From Pseudobutyrivibrio sp. (GTDB lineage: Bacteria; Bacillota; Clostridia; Lachnospirales; Lachnospiraceae), in the NCBI GenBank assembly GCA_045617805.1, contig JAZLJM010000057.1, positions 20,998 to 84,997 of the forward strand: a DNA stretch of 64,000 nt. The letters are read 5' to 3'. Made by a program: the position numbers and the translations under genes. Position 1 is the stretch's first letter. Each line of letters begins with the position of its first letter. The notes beneath the pieces were generated by a model. That model worked only from the letters and a program-made list of their open reading frames with translations, did not search any database and had not been told where the DNA came from. Shown piece by piece: positions 1-9,587 of the stretch.

Positions 1-279
1 CAACATTTTAATAATTTGTAACAACTATTCTCATCAAGCCACAGACTTGATCCATTAATACATATGCTAAATTTACAATATCAACCATTTTTTGTTAATT
101 ATTTATCTCTTTTTATTTACAGTTTCCTCATTTTCAGCCTGTTCTGTAAATTTCTCACTTTGACACAACTAGTTAAATTTCTTCAACTTTTCTCCTGATT
201 TCAGGATTACATTAAATAGACCACTATTTTCCTCATTTCTTCCCATCGTGCCGTCTTTCCATCCGCGCCACCACTCTTC

Positions 280-318
280 GGACCACGATATCGCACTTCC
301 GCGCCTATATCGTGGTCC
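280..318. repeat. GC-rich inverted repeat (hairpin)
   Basis: GGACCACGATAT (280-291) ... ATATCGTGGTCC (307-318) is a perfect 12-bp inverted repeat. Confidence 0.7.
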
Positions 319-424
319 AATCCCCCAAAATAACTGCAAACCATCCTCATCTACCTCACGCCGACCACCCTCATCTTGTTCTTAGATTCCAAGCCCGAGG
401 TATAATCCCAAGCCACCGCGTAGC

Positions 425-566
425 GGCTTGCCCTTGATGACACGAAAAAGAACTGCTACACTGCTGCCCGCGACGGAGAAATTCTACTTGTTCTTGAGTT
501 CCTCGCCGTCGGTAACATACAAAAAGCAGTTCTTTTTCGTGTCGTCAAGGGTGGCGACAACAAGCC
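425..566. repeat. Long nested palindromic element (REP/MITE-like)
   Basis: 27-bp arms CCCTTGATGACACGAAAAAGAACTGCT (431-457) and AGCAGTTCTTTTTCGTGTCGTCAAGGG (525-551) have one mismatch. Inner GACGG...CCGTC and outer GGCTTG/CAAGCC also pair. Confidence 0.7.
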
Positions 567-598
567 ATTATTTTATAACTAGCATACTATCAAAAACA

Positions 599-700
599 AA
601 ACCGCCTTATACAATTCTCAAACCTTCTCACAAATCCACAAACCGCCTTATCACAATTCACAGCCCTTCGCAAAAATTCACAACCCATCTCACAAACACT
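599..700. repeat. Degenerate C/A-rich tandem repeat
   Basis: AAACCGCCTTAT..ACAATTC occurs twice about 41 bp apart, with related shorter subunits, just downstream of the cbiQ-like stop. Confidence 0.5.
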
Positions 701-710
701 TTACCGTCCT

Positions 711-1523
711 CTAAAAACACAAGTATTCCCCCAAAACCTCCAAAACACCCGTATTTCTAATCATCGCCCACAAAAATATCCATACCACAAAATAAAGAAT
801 ATCCCAAATCAGAGCCAAGCCCCTTCGTACTTTTTGCGTACAATAATACTCGCCTTTGAAGCCACGAAGCGCCATCGCTTCATAAATCAACTGCGCTTTA
901 TCCATAGAACGAAGCAAAATCTGTCCAACAAGCGGTCCCCAGGCCTTAAAATGTATTCCTTTTTGATTTGGTGCTCTCAAATGATAAGCTGTTGATACCT
1001 TTTCCACCTCTTTAATAAACATAAAAATGTATCTGTATATCAAAAGAATGACTGCCACGAGCTTAGTTGGTATATGAACCAACCTCAAAGCGTAGCAGAT
1101 TTCTTCTATACTTGTAGTCGCAATCAAAAGATATCCCGCCAGCACAGTGAGCACGCCCTTTATCATGAGCGTAACCATAGAAAGGACACCACTTGATATG
1201 CCGATTCCTCCTACTGTAAGCACAATTTCCCTGTCAAAAAAAGGATTAAATACCCCCACCAGCATCACAACTGGAAGGATTATCCTAAGCCGATACATCG
1301 CATCTTTAAATGATAAATCTCCAAATGAAAACACAAACATGGGATATATCACCATTACGATAAGCGGAGCAATCGCATCCTTCTCAAAAGACACCACAGT
1401 AATAATATAAATTATCGTCAAACCTAATTTGACCAGTGGGTGCAGTCGATTCACCCACTGGTCTCTAGTATTCAAGGTATTCAGTTGCTCAATTTGGCTC
1501 ACTGCCTGATGTATTTTGCTCAT
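711..1523 (-). CDS. cbiQ: ECF transporter transmembrane T component (CbiQ/NikQ family)
   Basis: LHPLVKL start motif, several TM segments, LLIYRYI, A..LR and AMALRGFKG motifs; adjacent to a CbiM-like gene. Confidence 0.85.
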   Translation of the reverse strand: MSKIHQAVSQIEQLNTLNTRDQWVNRLHPLVKLGLTIIYIITVVSFEKDAIAPLIVMVIYPMFVFSFGDLSFKDAMYRLRIILPVVMLVGVFNPFFDREIVLTVGGIGISSGVLSMVTLMIKGVLTVLAGYLLIATTSIEEICYALRLVHIPTKLVAVILLIYRYIFMFIKEVEKVSTAYHLRAPNQKGIHFKAWGPLVGQILLRSMDKAQLIYEAMALRGFKGEYYCTQKVRRGLALIWDILYFVVWIFLWAMIRNTGVLEVLGEYLCF

Positions 1524-1657
1524 TTACTTACTCTATTGGTTTGACAGCCTAGTATTTTTTTCATTTACTTTCTCTACTGGGCTGACAGCCTAGTACTTTT
1601 ATTCATTTACTTTCTCTATTGGGCCAACAGCCTAGTACTTTTTTCATTTACTTTCTC
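1521..1657. repeat. 41-42 bp tandem repeat, about 3.3 copies, the last ending at the cbiQ start codon
   Basis: Units start at 1521, 1562, 1604 and 1645 (CATTTACTTTCTCTAyTGGgytgACAGCCTAGTAyTTTT). Confidence 0.9.
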
Positions 1658-1749
1658 AATTTAGATAACATATTCATTTTTAAATTTACATCGATATATT
1701 AATGTAATTATACTCTACAATTATTAATTGTTTTCTACAGCAAATGTCA

Positions 1750-2901
1750 TTAATTGTTATACCGTGATTTAACTTTCGCTTTCTTGATTGATTTTACAAG
1801 CATTCCCAGCAAAAAGAAGAAGCCAACAACCACTGCTGCACCAACCATTCCGCTAGTTGAAGTACCAGATAATTTACCCTGCATATTTTTATTTCTAAAA
1901 TCATACTCTGGAAAAATAGCAATCTTGTGTGTATCGATTCTTTCTTTTACATCTTTTATTGCTGTCGCATCCGTTCCTTCTTTTACATCTTTTATTCCTG
2001 TCGCAGCCGTTCCTTCTTCAACATCTTTTATTGTTGTTGCAGCCGTTCCTTCTTCTAGTGTTCCTACCTGCTTTTGTCCACTAACATTCGTTTCCTGCTC
2101 TTTAGATGTATCCTCGCTTACAATTTTCGCAATCGACCACTCTAGGCCATCTGGATTTGAGGATGCAAAAAGTGAAACACCGCCTGCCAGCACTGCTGCT
2201 GCGATTATCACAACTGCAAGAACTTTTTTCTTCGAATCATTACATGAATTTGTGTCTTTTTCACCTGTCCATAGCATTTGTGGACGCACCTGATATACAA
2301 AAACAAGCACCGCTGCCGTAATAGCACCCTCGACTAATCCTATCGCCAAATGTATAGGCTGCATTGTCGACACAAAAATCTTGAAAGGGAGCTCACTTAC
2401 TGAAGATGCGCATGTCTCCAATACCACTGAAAATGCCCCTAGCTGCAAGCTGATAACAGAGCCAAGCATTGATGCAACAACAATTCTCTTCTTTGTCATT
2501 TCCTTTCGCATCATACATTTCCAAATCAGAAGCCCACCCACAAAGCAAGCACAAAAAGCCATGTTCCAGATGTTACAGCCTAGCGCCAAAATACCACCAT
2601 CGGCAAACAGCAAACACTGTATCAGCAGTACTCCTATCATCGTAAGAAATGCTGCGTATGGCCCAAGCACCGCAGATAACATCATTCCGCCGCATAAATG
2701 TCCTGATGACCCTGTCCCAGGAATCGAAAAATTAATCATCTGCGCCGCAAAAACAAAAGCCCCCATCACGCCCATTGTAGGCAAAAGGCTACTATCCTCA
2801 TTCTCTTTTATCTTTTTAATTGAATATACTGCCACACCCGCTGATGCAACAAACATTGTTCCCCCAACCACTGGACTAACCAGTGCATCTGCCATATGCA
2901 T
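1750..2901 (-). CDS. cbiM: ECF S component CbiM/NikM fused to a PDGLE domain (Ni/Co uptake)
   Basis: Mature-type N-terminus MHMADAL (ATG at 2901, GGAAGGAGAG RBS upstream), GTGSSGH motif, FADGG, and SSNPDGLEW (PDGLE). Confidence 0.85.
   Translation of the reverse strand: MHMADALVSPVVGGTMFVASAGVAVYSIKKIKENEDSSLLPTMGVMGAFVFAAQMINFSIPGTGSSGHLCGGMMLSAVLGPYAAFLTMIGVLLIQCLLFADGGILALGCNIWNMAFCACFVGGLLIWKCMMRKEMTKKRIVVASMLGSVISLQLGAFSVVLETCASSVSELPFKIFVSTMQPIHLAIGLVEGAITAAVLVFVYQVRPQMLWTGEKDTNSCNDSKKKVLAVVIIAAAVLAGGVSLFASSNPDGLEWSIAKIVSEDTSKEQETNVSGQKQVGTLEEGTAATTIKDVEEGTAATGIKDVKEGTDATAIKDVKERIDTHKIAIFPEYDFRNKNMQGKLSGTSTSGMVGAAVVVGFFFLLGMLVKSIKKAKVKSRYNN
1945..2052 (-). repeat. In-frame 36-bp (12-aa) tandem repeat x3 inside the PDGLE region
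   Basis: EGTAATTIKDVE / EGTAATGIKDVK / EGTDATAIKDVK. Confidence 0.9.
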
Positions 2902-2991
2902 ATATAATCTCTCCTTCCAATTCATAATAAAAAATTTATCATCTCATTATTTCAAATTCATCTATTCAGAAAATAATTTGTCAAACCAATA

Positions 2992-3135
2992 AATTTCTAT
3001 AACTATTCCCTATTACTAATTTCTACAACTAATCCTATCACTATTTTCTATAACAAATCTCTATCACTATTTTCTACAACTAATCCCTATCACTATTTTC
3101 TACAGCTAATCTCTATTACAATTTTTAAAACTAAC
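2992..3135. repeat. 25-26 bp tandem repeat, about 5.5 copies, upstream of cbiM
   Basis: Consensus ATTTTCTACAACTAATCyCTATCACT repeated head to tail. Confidence 0.85.
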
Positions 3136-3297
3136 TTCTACAAAATCTCCACAACCATCTTCTACTATACCCTTCCACCGCACAACATATAAGCCTCCCA
3201 GGGGGTTAAAATTCTAAATTAACCAAAAAAGAACCCCTTTTGCCACCAAACATAGCAAAAGAAGTTCTCCTCAACAAATCTCATTCAACACTCATAT

Positions 3298-5208
3298 CTA
3301 CGCGTTTTGAATCTTTCCTGTATATAGTTGATAGTACTTTCCACCTTCAGCGATGAGCTCGTCATGTGAACCGCGCTCGATGATACGACCCTGGTCGAGA
3401 ACCATAATACAATCGGCATTGCGGATAGTTGAAAGTCTGTGAGCAATTACGAAGGTCGTACGGCCACTCATAAGCTTATCCATACCGTCCTGAACAATCT
3501 TTTCTGTACGAGTATCAATAGAGCTGGTAGCTTCATCGAGAATAAGTACAGGTGGGTCTGCGATAGCTGCTCGAGCAATGGCAAGCAACTGGCGCTGGCC
3601 CTGTGAAAGATTGCCACCATCACCTGTGATTACTGTATCATAGCCATTTTCGAGACGACGGATAAAGCCGTCTGCATTCGCAAGCTTTGCTGCTGCAATT
3701 ACTTCTTCTTCAGTAGCATCCAGCTTTCCATAGCGAATATTATCAGCGATTGTACCTGTAAAAAGGTGTGTATCCTGTAAAACTATACCAAGTGATCTAC
3801 GCAGGTCTGCTTTCTTAATCTTGTTGATATTAATATTATCGTAACGAATTTTACCATCAGCGATATCATAAAATCTGTTGATAAGGTTTGTAATAGTAGT
3901 TTTACCAGCACCTGTTGCACCAACAAAGGCAATTTTCTGGCCTTCTTTAGCATAAAGCTTGATATCGTGAAGTACAGTTTTTTCTGGATTATATGCAAAA
4001 TCAACACCTAAAAATTCTATATCGCCAGTGAGCTTCTGGTAAGTAGTAGTGCCCTCAGCCTTGTGAAAATGCTTCCAAGCCCACATACCTGTATGCTCCT
4101 CACACTCTGTGATTTCTCCATCTACTTCCTTGGCATTTACAAGCATTACATAGCCTTCATCAACCTCTTCCTTCTGGTCGATAAGGTCAAATACTCGCTC
4201 TGCACCAGCCATAGCAAGTACAATCGACTGGAACTGCTGAGAAACCTGTGAAATAGGCATATTTATGTTTCTATTGAAGGTAAGGAAGGATGCAAGCGCA
4301 CCAAGTGTAAGACCTGTCCATCCATTAAGCGCAAGCGTACCACCTACAACTGCACAAAGCACGTATGAAATATAACCCAACTGGTTATTAAGTGGTCCAA
4401 TAGCACTTGCTAAGCTATTTGCCTTGTTTGCATTGAAGCGCCACTCTTCATTAAGCTCTTCAAAGCCTTCGATAGCTTCCTTCTCATGACAAAAGACCTT
4501 GATAACCTTCTGGCCATTCATCATTTCCTCAATATTACCATTGAGCTTTCCAAGAGAAGACTGCTGCTTTTTGAAGTATTTTCCAGAGCTCATAGCAACC
4601 TTTTTAGTAACAATTGTAATAACACCTATCATAAAGACAGATACAATTGTAAGTACCCAGGAAAGCTTTATCATACAAATAAGTACTGTAACTACTGTAA
4701 TACAGCTATTGAAAATCTGTGGAAAACTCATCGAAATCATCTGACGAAGAGTATCAATATCGTTTGTATATACAGACATGATATCACCATGCGCATGAGT
4801 ATCGAAATACTTGATTGGCAAGTCTTCCATCTTCTCAAACATCTCGTTTCTGAGATCCTTCAGAGTTCCCTGTGAAACGAAAATCATAATAAAATTGAAT
4901 AAAAATGTCGTAGCAATTCCCACCGCATAGAAACAAATCACTCTAAAGATTGCAGACGCGAGTGGGCCAAAATCACGGCTTCCCGTCTCTACCATAGGAA
5001 TAATATAATCATCAATTAATTTTTGCATAAAGAGTGTACCCTGTGCATTACACAGTACTGATGCAAAAATACAAATAACAACAACGATGAGCTGGAGCCA
5101 ATACTTTGAGACTATTCTGCGAAGAATTCTCCCAAAAGCCTTTCCTCTGGCTGCTTTTTGTTCCTTTGTGAGCTTTACCATCTCACCTGGCTTAGGTCCT
5201 CTAGGCAT
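3298..5208 (-). CDS. ABC exporter half-transporter (TMD+NBD), consensus subunit of a heterodimer
   Basis: N-terminal TM domain, GATGAGKT Walker A, LSQGQRQ signature, LILDEATS, IAHRLST. Confidence 0.9.
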   Translation of the reverse strand: MPRGPKPGEMVKLTKEQKAARGKAFGRILRRIVSKYWLQLIVVVICIFASVLCNAQGTLFMQKLIDDYIIPMVETGSRDFGPLASAIFRVICFYAVGIATTFLFNFIMIFVSQGTLKDLRNEMFEKMEDLPIKYFDTHAHGDIMSVYTNDIDTLRQMISMSFPQIFNSCITVVTVLICMIKLSWVLTIVSVFMIGVITIVTKKVAMSSGKYFKKQQSSLGKLNGNIEEMMNGQKVIKVFCHEKEAIEGFEELNEEWRFNANKANSLASAIGPLNNQLGYISYVLCAVVGGTLALNGWTGLTLGALASFLTFNRNINMPISQVSQQFQSIVLAMAGAERVFDLIDQKEEVDEGYVMLVNAKEVDGEITECEEHTGMWAWKHFHKAEGTTTYQKLTGDIEFLGVDFAYNPEKTVLHDIKLYAKEGQKIAFVGATGAGKTTITNLINRFYDIADGKIRYDNININKIKKADLRRSLGIVLQDTHLFTGTIADNIRYGKLDATEEEVIAAAKLANADGFIRRLENGYDTVITGDGGNLSQGQRQLLAIARAAIADPPVLILDEATSSIDTRTEKIVQDGMDKLMSGRTTFVIAHRLSTIRNADCIMVLDQGRIIERGSHDELIAEGGKYYQLYTGKIQNA

Positions 5209-6965
5209 TACTCCTCGCCTCCCTTCTCATCAAAATCTCCTGAACCGCTACCTGTCTGCTGTTCATAGACATCTTTGTAAATCTGGTTACGTGAAAGTAA
5301 CTCTTCATGAGTTCCAAAATCATCGATTCTTCCATCATCCATAACAATAATTCTATCTGCATCCTGCACTGATGATACACGCTGTGCAATGATAAGCTTT
5401 GTCGTACCAGGAATCTCCTCCCTGAAGGCCTTACGAATCTTTGCATCAGTAGCTGTATCTACAGCAGAAGTACTATCATCAAGAATCAAAATCTTTGGTT
5501 TTTTCAGCAATGCTCGTGCAATACAAAGTCGCTGACGCTGACCACCAGATACATTTGTACCGCCCTGCTCAATGTAGGTATTATAACCATCTGGAAATCT
5601 TGCAATAAATTCATCCGCACATGCAAGGCTTGCAGCATGCTTAACCTCTTCATCTGTAGCATCCTTATCGCCCCAACGCAGGTTCTCAGCGATTGTACCA
5701 GAAAAGAGCACGTTATTTTGAAGTACTACCGAAACCTCATTTCGAACTGTTTCTACATCATAATCTCGAACATCCTTACCGCCGACTAACACCGCTCCAC
5801 TATCTACATCATAAAGACGTGATATCATAGAAACCAATGTCGTCTTAGCTGAACCTGTACCACCGATGATACCAATGGTTTCACCAGAATTAATCTTTAG
5901 ATTGATATTATCAAGAACGGCTTTCTCTGCATTTTTGTTATATCCAAATACAACATCATTAAACTCAATAGAACCATCCTCCACCTCATAAATAGGATTG
6001 TCGTTGTTTTTGATAGATGATTCTTCATCAAGAACTTCACAAATACGCTGCATACTAGCCACAGACATCGTAATCATGACAAAAATCATGGCAAACATCA
6101 TCAGGTTAATCAGGATGTTTATACAATAACTAAAGAACGATAAAAGCTCACCAGTTGTAAGCGTCTGGTCTACTACAATAAAATGTGCACCAAACCAGGA
6201 AATCAAAAGAATACATGTATATACGATTGCTGTCATAAGTGGGCTAGTCAAAGCCAGCAGCTTCTCAGCATTTGTAGCAGCTTTATATATACCCTCGGCA
6301 CCCTTTACAAACTTTGTCTTCTCATATGCTTCACGAACATAAGCCTTTACAACACGGATACCAGTGACATTCTCCTGCACAGAAGCATTCAGTTCGTCAT
6401 ATTTTTTCATAAGAATTGTAAAAAGCTTCTTTGTGAAATACAAAAGAATCACCATAATAAATAAAATAAGAATTACCGCAAAAATAAATACGCTCGATAA
6501 TCTATGGTTAATTCTATAAGAAAGAATAAGTGCAACAATAACTGTTGTAGGCGCTCTAAAGCCCATTCGAAGCACCATCATATAAGCATTTTGAACATTT
6601 GTAACATCTGTTGTCATACGTGTTACAAGACCTGCTGTTGAAAACTTATCGATATTTTCAAAAGAAAATGTCTGCACCTTCTTAAACATCGCACTTCTTA
6701 AGTTTTTAGCCAAGCCTGTAGCAGCCTTACTTCCAAAAACTGCACCAAGCACACCACCAACAAGTCCTACAAGTGCACAGCAGAGCATATATCCACCAAT
6801 TCGGAATATATTGCTCAAGTTTCCAACCTCAACACCTTTGTCAACCAAATCTGCTATCAGAAGTGGAATAATCATCTCCATCGATACTTCAAGTATCATG
6901 AAAATCGGTGTCAGCACTGAAGGAATTGTGTAGTCTTTTACTTCATGTAATATCTTCTTTACCAA
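5208..6965 (-). CDS. ABC exporter half-transporter, degenerate-site subunit (TM287/EfrA-like)
   Basis: GGTGSAKT, VSGGQRQR, LILDDSTS (D replaces catalytic E), IAQR (Q replaces H); 1-bp overlap with its partner gene. Confidence 0.9.
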   Translation of the reverse strand: MVKKILHEVKDYTIPSVLTPIFMILEVSMEMIIPLLIADLVDKGVEVGNLSNIFRIGGYMLCCALVGLVGGVLGAVFGSKAATGLAKNLRSAMFKKVQTFSFENIDKFSTAGLVTRMTTDVTNVQNAYMMVLRMGFRAPTTVIVALILSYRINHRLSSVFIFAVILILFIMVILLYFTKKLFTILMKKYDELNASVQENVTGIRVVKAYVREAYEKTKFVKGAEGIYKAATNAEKLLALTSPLMTAIVYTCILLISWFGAHFIVVDQTLTTGELLSFFSYCINILINLMMFAMIFVMITMSVASMQRICEVLDEESSIKNNDNPIYEVEDGSIEFNDVVFGYNKNAEKAVLDNINLKINSGETIGIIGGTGSAKTTLVSMISRLYDVDSGAVLVGGKDVRDYDVETVRNEVSVVLQNNVLFSGTIAENLRWGDKDATDEEVKHAASLACADEFIARFPDGYNTYIEQGGTNVSGGQRQRLCIARALLKKPKILILDDSTSAVDTATDAKIRKAFREEIPGTTKLIIAQRVSSVQDADRIIVMDDGRIDDFGTHEELLSRNQIYKDVYEQQTGSGSGDFDEKGGEE

Positions 6966-7231
6966 TTCAATATCCTCCTAACTGTCTGTATATTGTTTGT
7001 CCTATCATAATAAGACGCAATTTACCCTCTGCTAAAACAACTATTCTAGTATAAACTCATTATTTATTAACTACAACAAACATTTTATTAAATCTTTATT
7101 AATTTTTTATGACAGATTACTTATTGTTAACTATTACATATCAGTTTTTCATTAAAATTTCAATTTTTCTATATAGAATGTCTGATGTAACTCAAAAAAC
7201 TACTCAGATTTGCTTAGAAAGGACAATGACA

Positions 7232-9004
7232 ATGAAAAAACTTATTGTAGGAATTCTTATTATCTCCTTGCTAGCAAGCTCATTATCTGTCTATGGAAAA
7301 AATACAAATGAGAATAAAGCCGACCTTGTTATATTTGGTACCATGTATACATCTGAATCGGAAAATGCCGGACTAGCAGAGGCATTTGCTGTCAAAAATG
7401 GCAAATACGTCTATGTCGGTGACAAAGAAGGTGTAAAACCATACATCCAAGAAGGTGTAACTAAAATTGTCAATCAGCCAACTGAAGGACTAATTATACC
7501 TGGTTGCACAGAAGGTCATGGTCACTATTTTGATGGCACAGGTCTAAATTCTCAACTTCCAGGCTGTAATTGCAGTTATGATGAAGTATTAAAAATAATA
7601 AAAGAACAAGTTGCTACAAAGAACATAAAACAATTTGTATCATTTGGATGGGATTCATATTCTCTTGTTGAAAAACGAAAAAGCGGATTCAATTTTGCAG
7701 AAGAGATTGAAAATGTAGCTCCTGGCATACCTGTAGTACTTATGGATAATACTGGACACGGCGCTGTTTGCAACACTACCGCCTTACAAAAATCTGGTTT
7801 ACTTGATAAACCTGAAGTACGAGGAGGAGCAGTTGAACTTGACAAGAATGGAAAACCAAATGGTTATATTAGTGATCAAGCTTCATCTTACGTCATCGAT
7901 AAAGTAATAAAAGAACCTTTGACAGATGAACAGTACAAAAATGCATGTAACTACGGCATGAACAAGCTCCTATCACTTGGCTATACAAATGCTCTGGATG
8001 CTTATACAAATATGTATGATCCTACAGGTCTATACAAAGCATTAAAAAAGATGGATAATGCTGGAGAGCTAAAAATTAATGTAGCTGGATGTTATAACAT
8101 TAAAAGTTATGATTCAGATATCTATCAAAAGAAAGTTGATGAAGTCGCTGATATCGTAAATAAATATTCTGGATCTCATTTTAATCCAGCTTATATCAAG
8201 CTTTTTACTGATGGTATCGTAGAATCTGGAACTGGTTGGATAGAAAATGAATATAAATATGCTGAAAATGGCAAAGAACACGGTAATATCATCTGGAATC
8301 AGGATGAATTGAATGCTATCACGCAATATGCAAACAGCAAAAACATTATTATACATACTCATGCATATGGTGATGCCGCTGTTAAATCTACAATAAATGC
8401 CTATATCTCTTCAAACGAAGCAAACAAAAACGAATATAGAAACTGTCTTGCACATGTAAGAAATATTCAGGATGAAGATATTATACGTGCTGCAACTAAC
8501 AAAATTCCTATCGCAGAAAACCTGATATGGCATACCGATTTTGACGAAAGAATCCCTTATGAAAAAGCTATAAAGAAACAAATTATTGATAACATTGGTG
8601 AGGACCTATACTATAGCGGATATCCTATGAAATCACTAATTAAAAACGGCGTTATCGTGAGCTCATCTACAGATGCACCTGCAGCAGAAACAATTGAAGG
8701 CAATATCATGAATGTATTAGAGGTTGCCGTAACAGGAATAATTCCTGGTGAGAACAGCCCGTCATTTGCTAAAGATGAACTACTTACTGTAAAAGAAGGT
8801 CTACAAGCACTTACAATTAACGGAGCATGGCAGCTCGGTCTAGAAAAAGAAAGAGGCTCTGTCAAAGTCGGTAAATACGCTGATTTTGTTATCTTAGATA
8901 AGAACATTCTTAATTATAAGGGTAAAGAGCTTCGCACAATCGGAGATACAAAAATCTTAAGTACATATTTTGAAGGAGAAAACGTGTACTCAGCAGAACC
9001 GTAG
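7232..9004 (+). CDS. Secreted amidohydrolase (Amidohydro_3/YtcJ-like)
   Basis: Signal-peptide-like MKKLIVGILIISLLASSLSVYG after an AAAGGA RBS (start moved from 7109); EGHGH, HTHAYGD, AH, SSTDAP, and GSVKVGKYADFVILD motifs. Confidence 0.8.
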   Translation: MKKLIVGILIISLLASSLSVYGKNTNENKADLVIFGTMYTSESENAGLAEAFAVKNGKYVYVGDKEGVKPYIQEGVTKIVNQPTEGLIIPGCTEGHGHYFDGTGLNSQLPGCNCSYDEVLKIIKEQVATKNIKQFVSFGWDSYSLVEKRKSGFNFAEEIENVAPGIPVVLMDNTGHGAVCNTTALQKSGLLDKPEVRGGAVELDKNGKPNGYISDQASSYVIDKVIKEPLTDEQYKNACNYGMNKLLSLGYTNALDAYTNMYDPTGLYKALKKMDNAGELKINVAGCYNIKSYDSDIYQKKVDEVADIVNKYSGSHFNPAYIKLFTDGIVESGTGWIENEYKYAENGKEHGNIIWNQDELNAITQYANSKNIIIHTHAYGDAAVKSTINAYISSNEANKNEYRNCLAHVRNIQDEDIIRAATNKIPIAENLIWHTDFDERIPYEKAIKKQIIDNIGEDLYYSGYPMKSLIKNGVIVSSSTDAPAAETIEGNIMNVLEVAVTGIIPGENSPSFAKDELLTVKEGLQALTINGAWQLGLEKERGSVKVGKYADFVILDKNILNYKGKELRTIGDTKILSTYFEGENVYSAEP

Positions 9005-9161
9005 ACAATGGTGGGATACAACACATAATACCACTTACGATATTCAAAACAAAAAAATCTGGGTTACTGTCCATGAAAGATATGACGAAAACCCTCATGA
9101 ATTTTTTATCAGCAAATAGGATTTAATTCTTACTTCTGAGTGAATTTTTGATAAAAAATAG

Positions 9162-9211
9162 CAAGCCGTTATAGAGGACAGGCTTCAATCCTGTACCTCT
9201 ATAACGGCTTG
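9162..9211. terminator. Long hairpin, probable terminator of the NRPS operon
   Basis: CAAGCCGTTATAGAGG-ACAGG...CCTGT-A-CCTCTATAACGGCTTG immediately after the STAS stop, followed by a T-rich tract on the minus strand. Confidence 0.7.
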
Positions 9212-9216
9212 TTTCT

Positions 9217-9513
9217 TTAAGAAAAATTCATCTTTTTATCAATACCAGTCATAGATAAAATACTCATCACTTCTGAATTTACATGAATAATCTGAAGATT
9301 GGCTTCAATTTCTTTTGCCTTTCTATGGGCTGAAACCAACTGACGTATTCCGGCTGATGAAATATATTCTACCTGCGCAAAATCAAGAATTACTTCTTTT
9401 ACATCTGCTATTGCATCGACAACCTCTCCTAACTGTGGAGCACTTGTATTATCGAGCCAGCCCTCTAGCTCAATTGTTAATTTTCCATCTTCATTTTTTT
9501 GTGTAATCTTCAT
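9217..9513 (-). CDS. STAS-domain anti-sigma-factor antagonist (SpoIIAA/RsbV-like)
   Basis: 98 aa; LEGWLDNTSAP; ILDFAQVEYISSAGIR carries the phosphorylatable Ser; GGAGG RBS. Confidence 0.9.
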   Translation of the reverse strand: MKITQKNEDGKLTIELEGWLDNTSAPQLGEVVDAIADVKEVILDFAQVEYISSAGIRQLVSAHRKAKEIEANLQIIHVNSEVMSILSMTGIDKKMNFS

Positions 9514-9587
9514 ATTTCTTCCTCCAATACCAAGCTAAAATTTCCTAAAGCATCAGCTTTCTTAGGATGATTCTCAAATTTAATATT

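Noticed and set aside
428-760. 110-aa plus-strand ORF
   Set aside because: It runs through a palindrome and low-complexity repeats, has a TTG start with no RBS, and overlaps cbiQ antisense.
1521-3135. Repeat arrays as CRISPR
   Set aside because: Units are head to tail with no unique spacers, and there are no cas genes.
7000-9217. att-site duplication of the tRNA-Pro 3' end or an integrase bounding the NRPS block
   Set aside because: No copy of the tRNA 3' sequence and no recombinase or transposase ORF was found by eye, so no mobile element is called.
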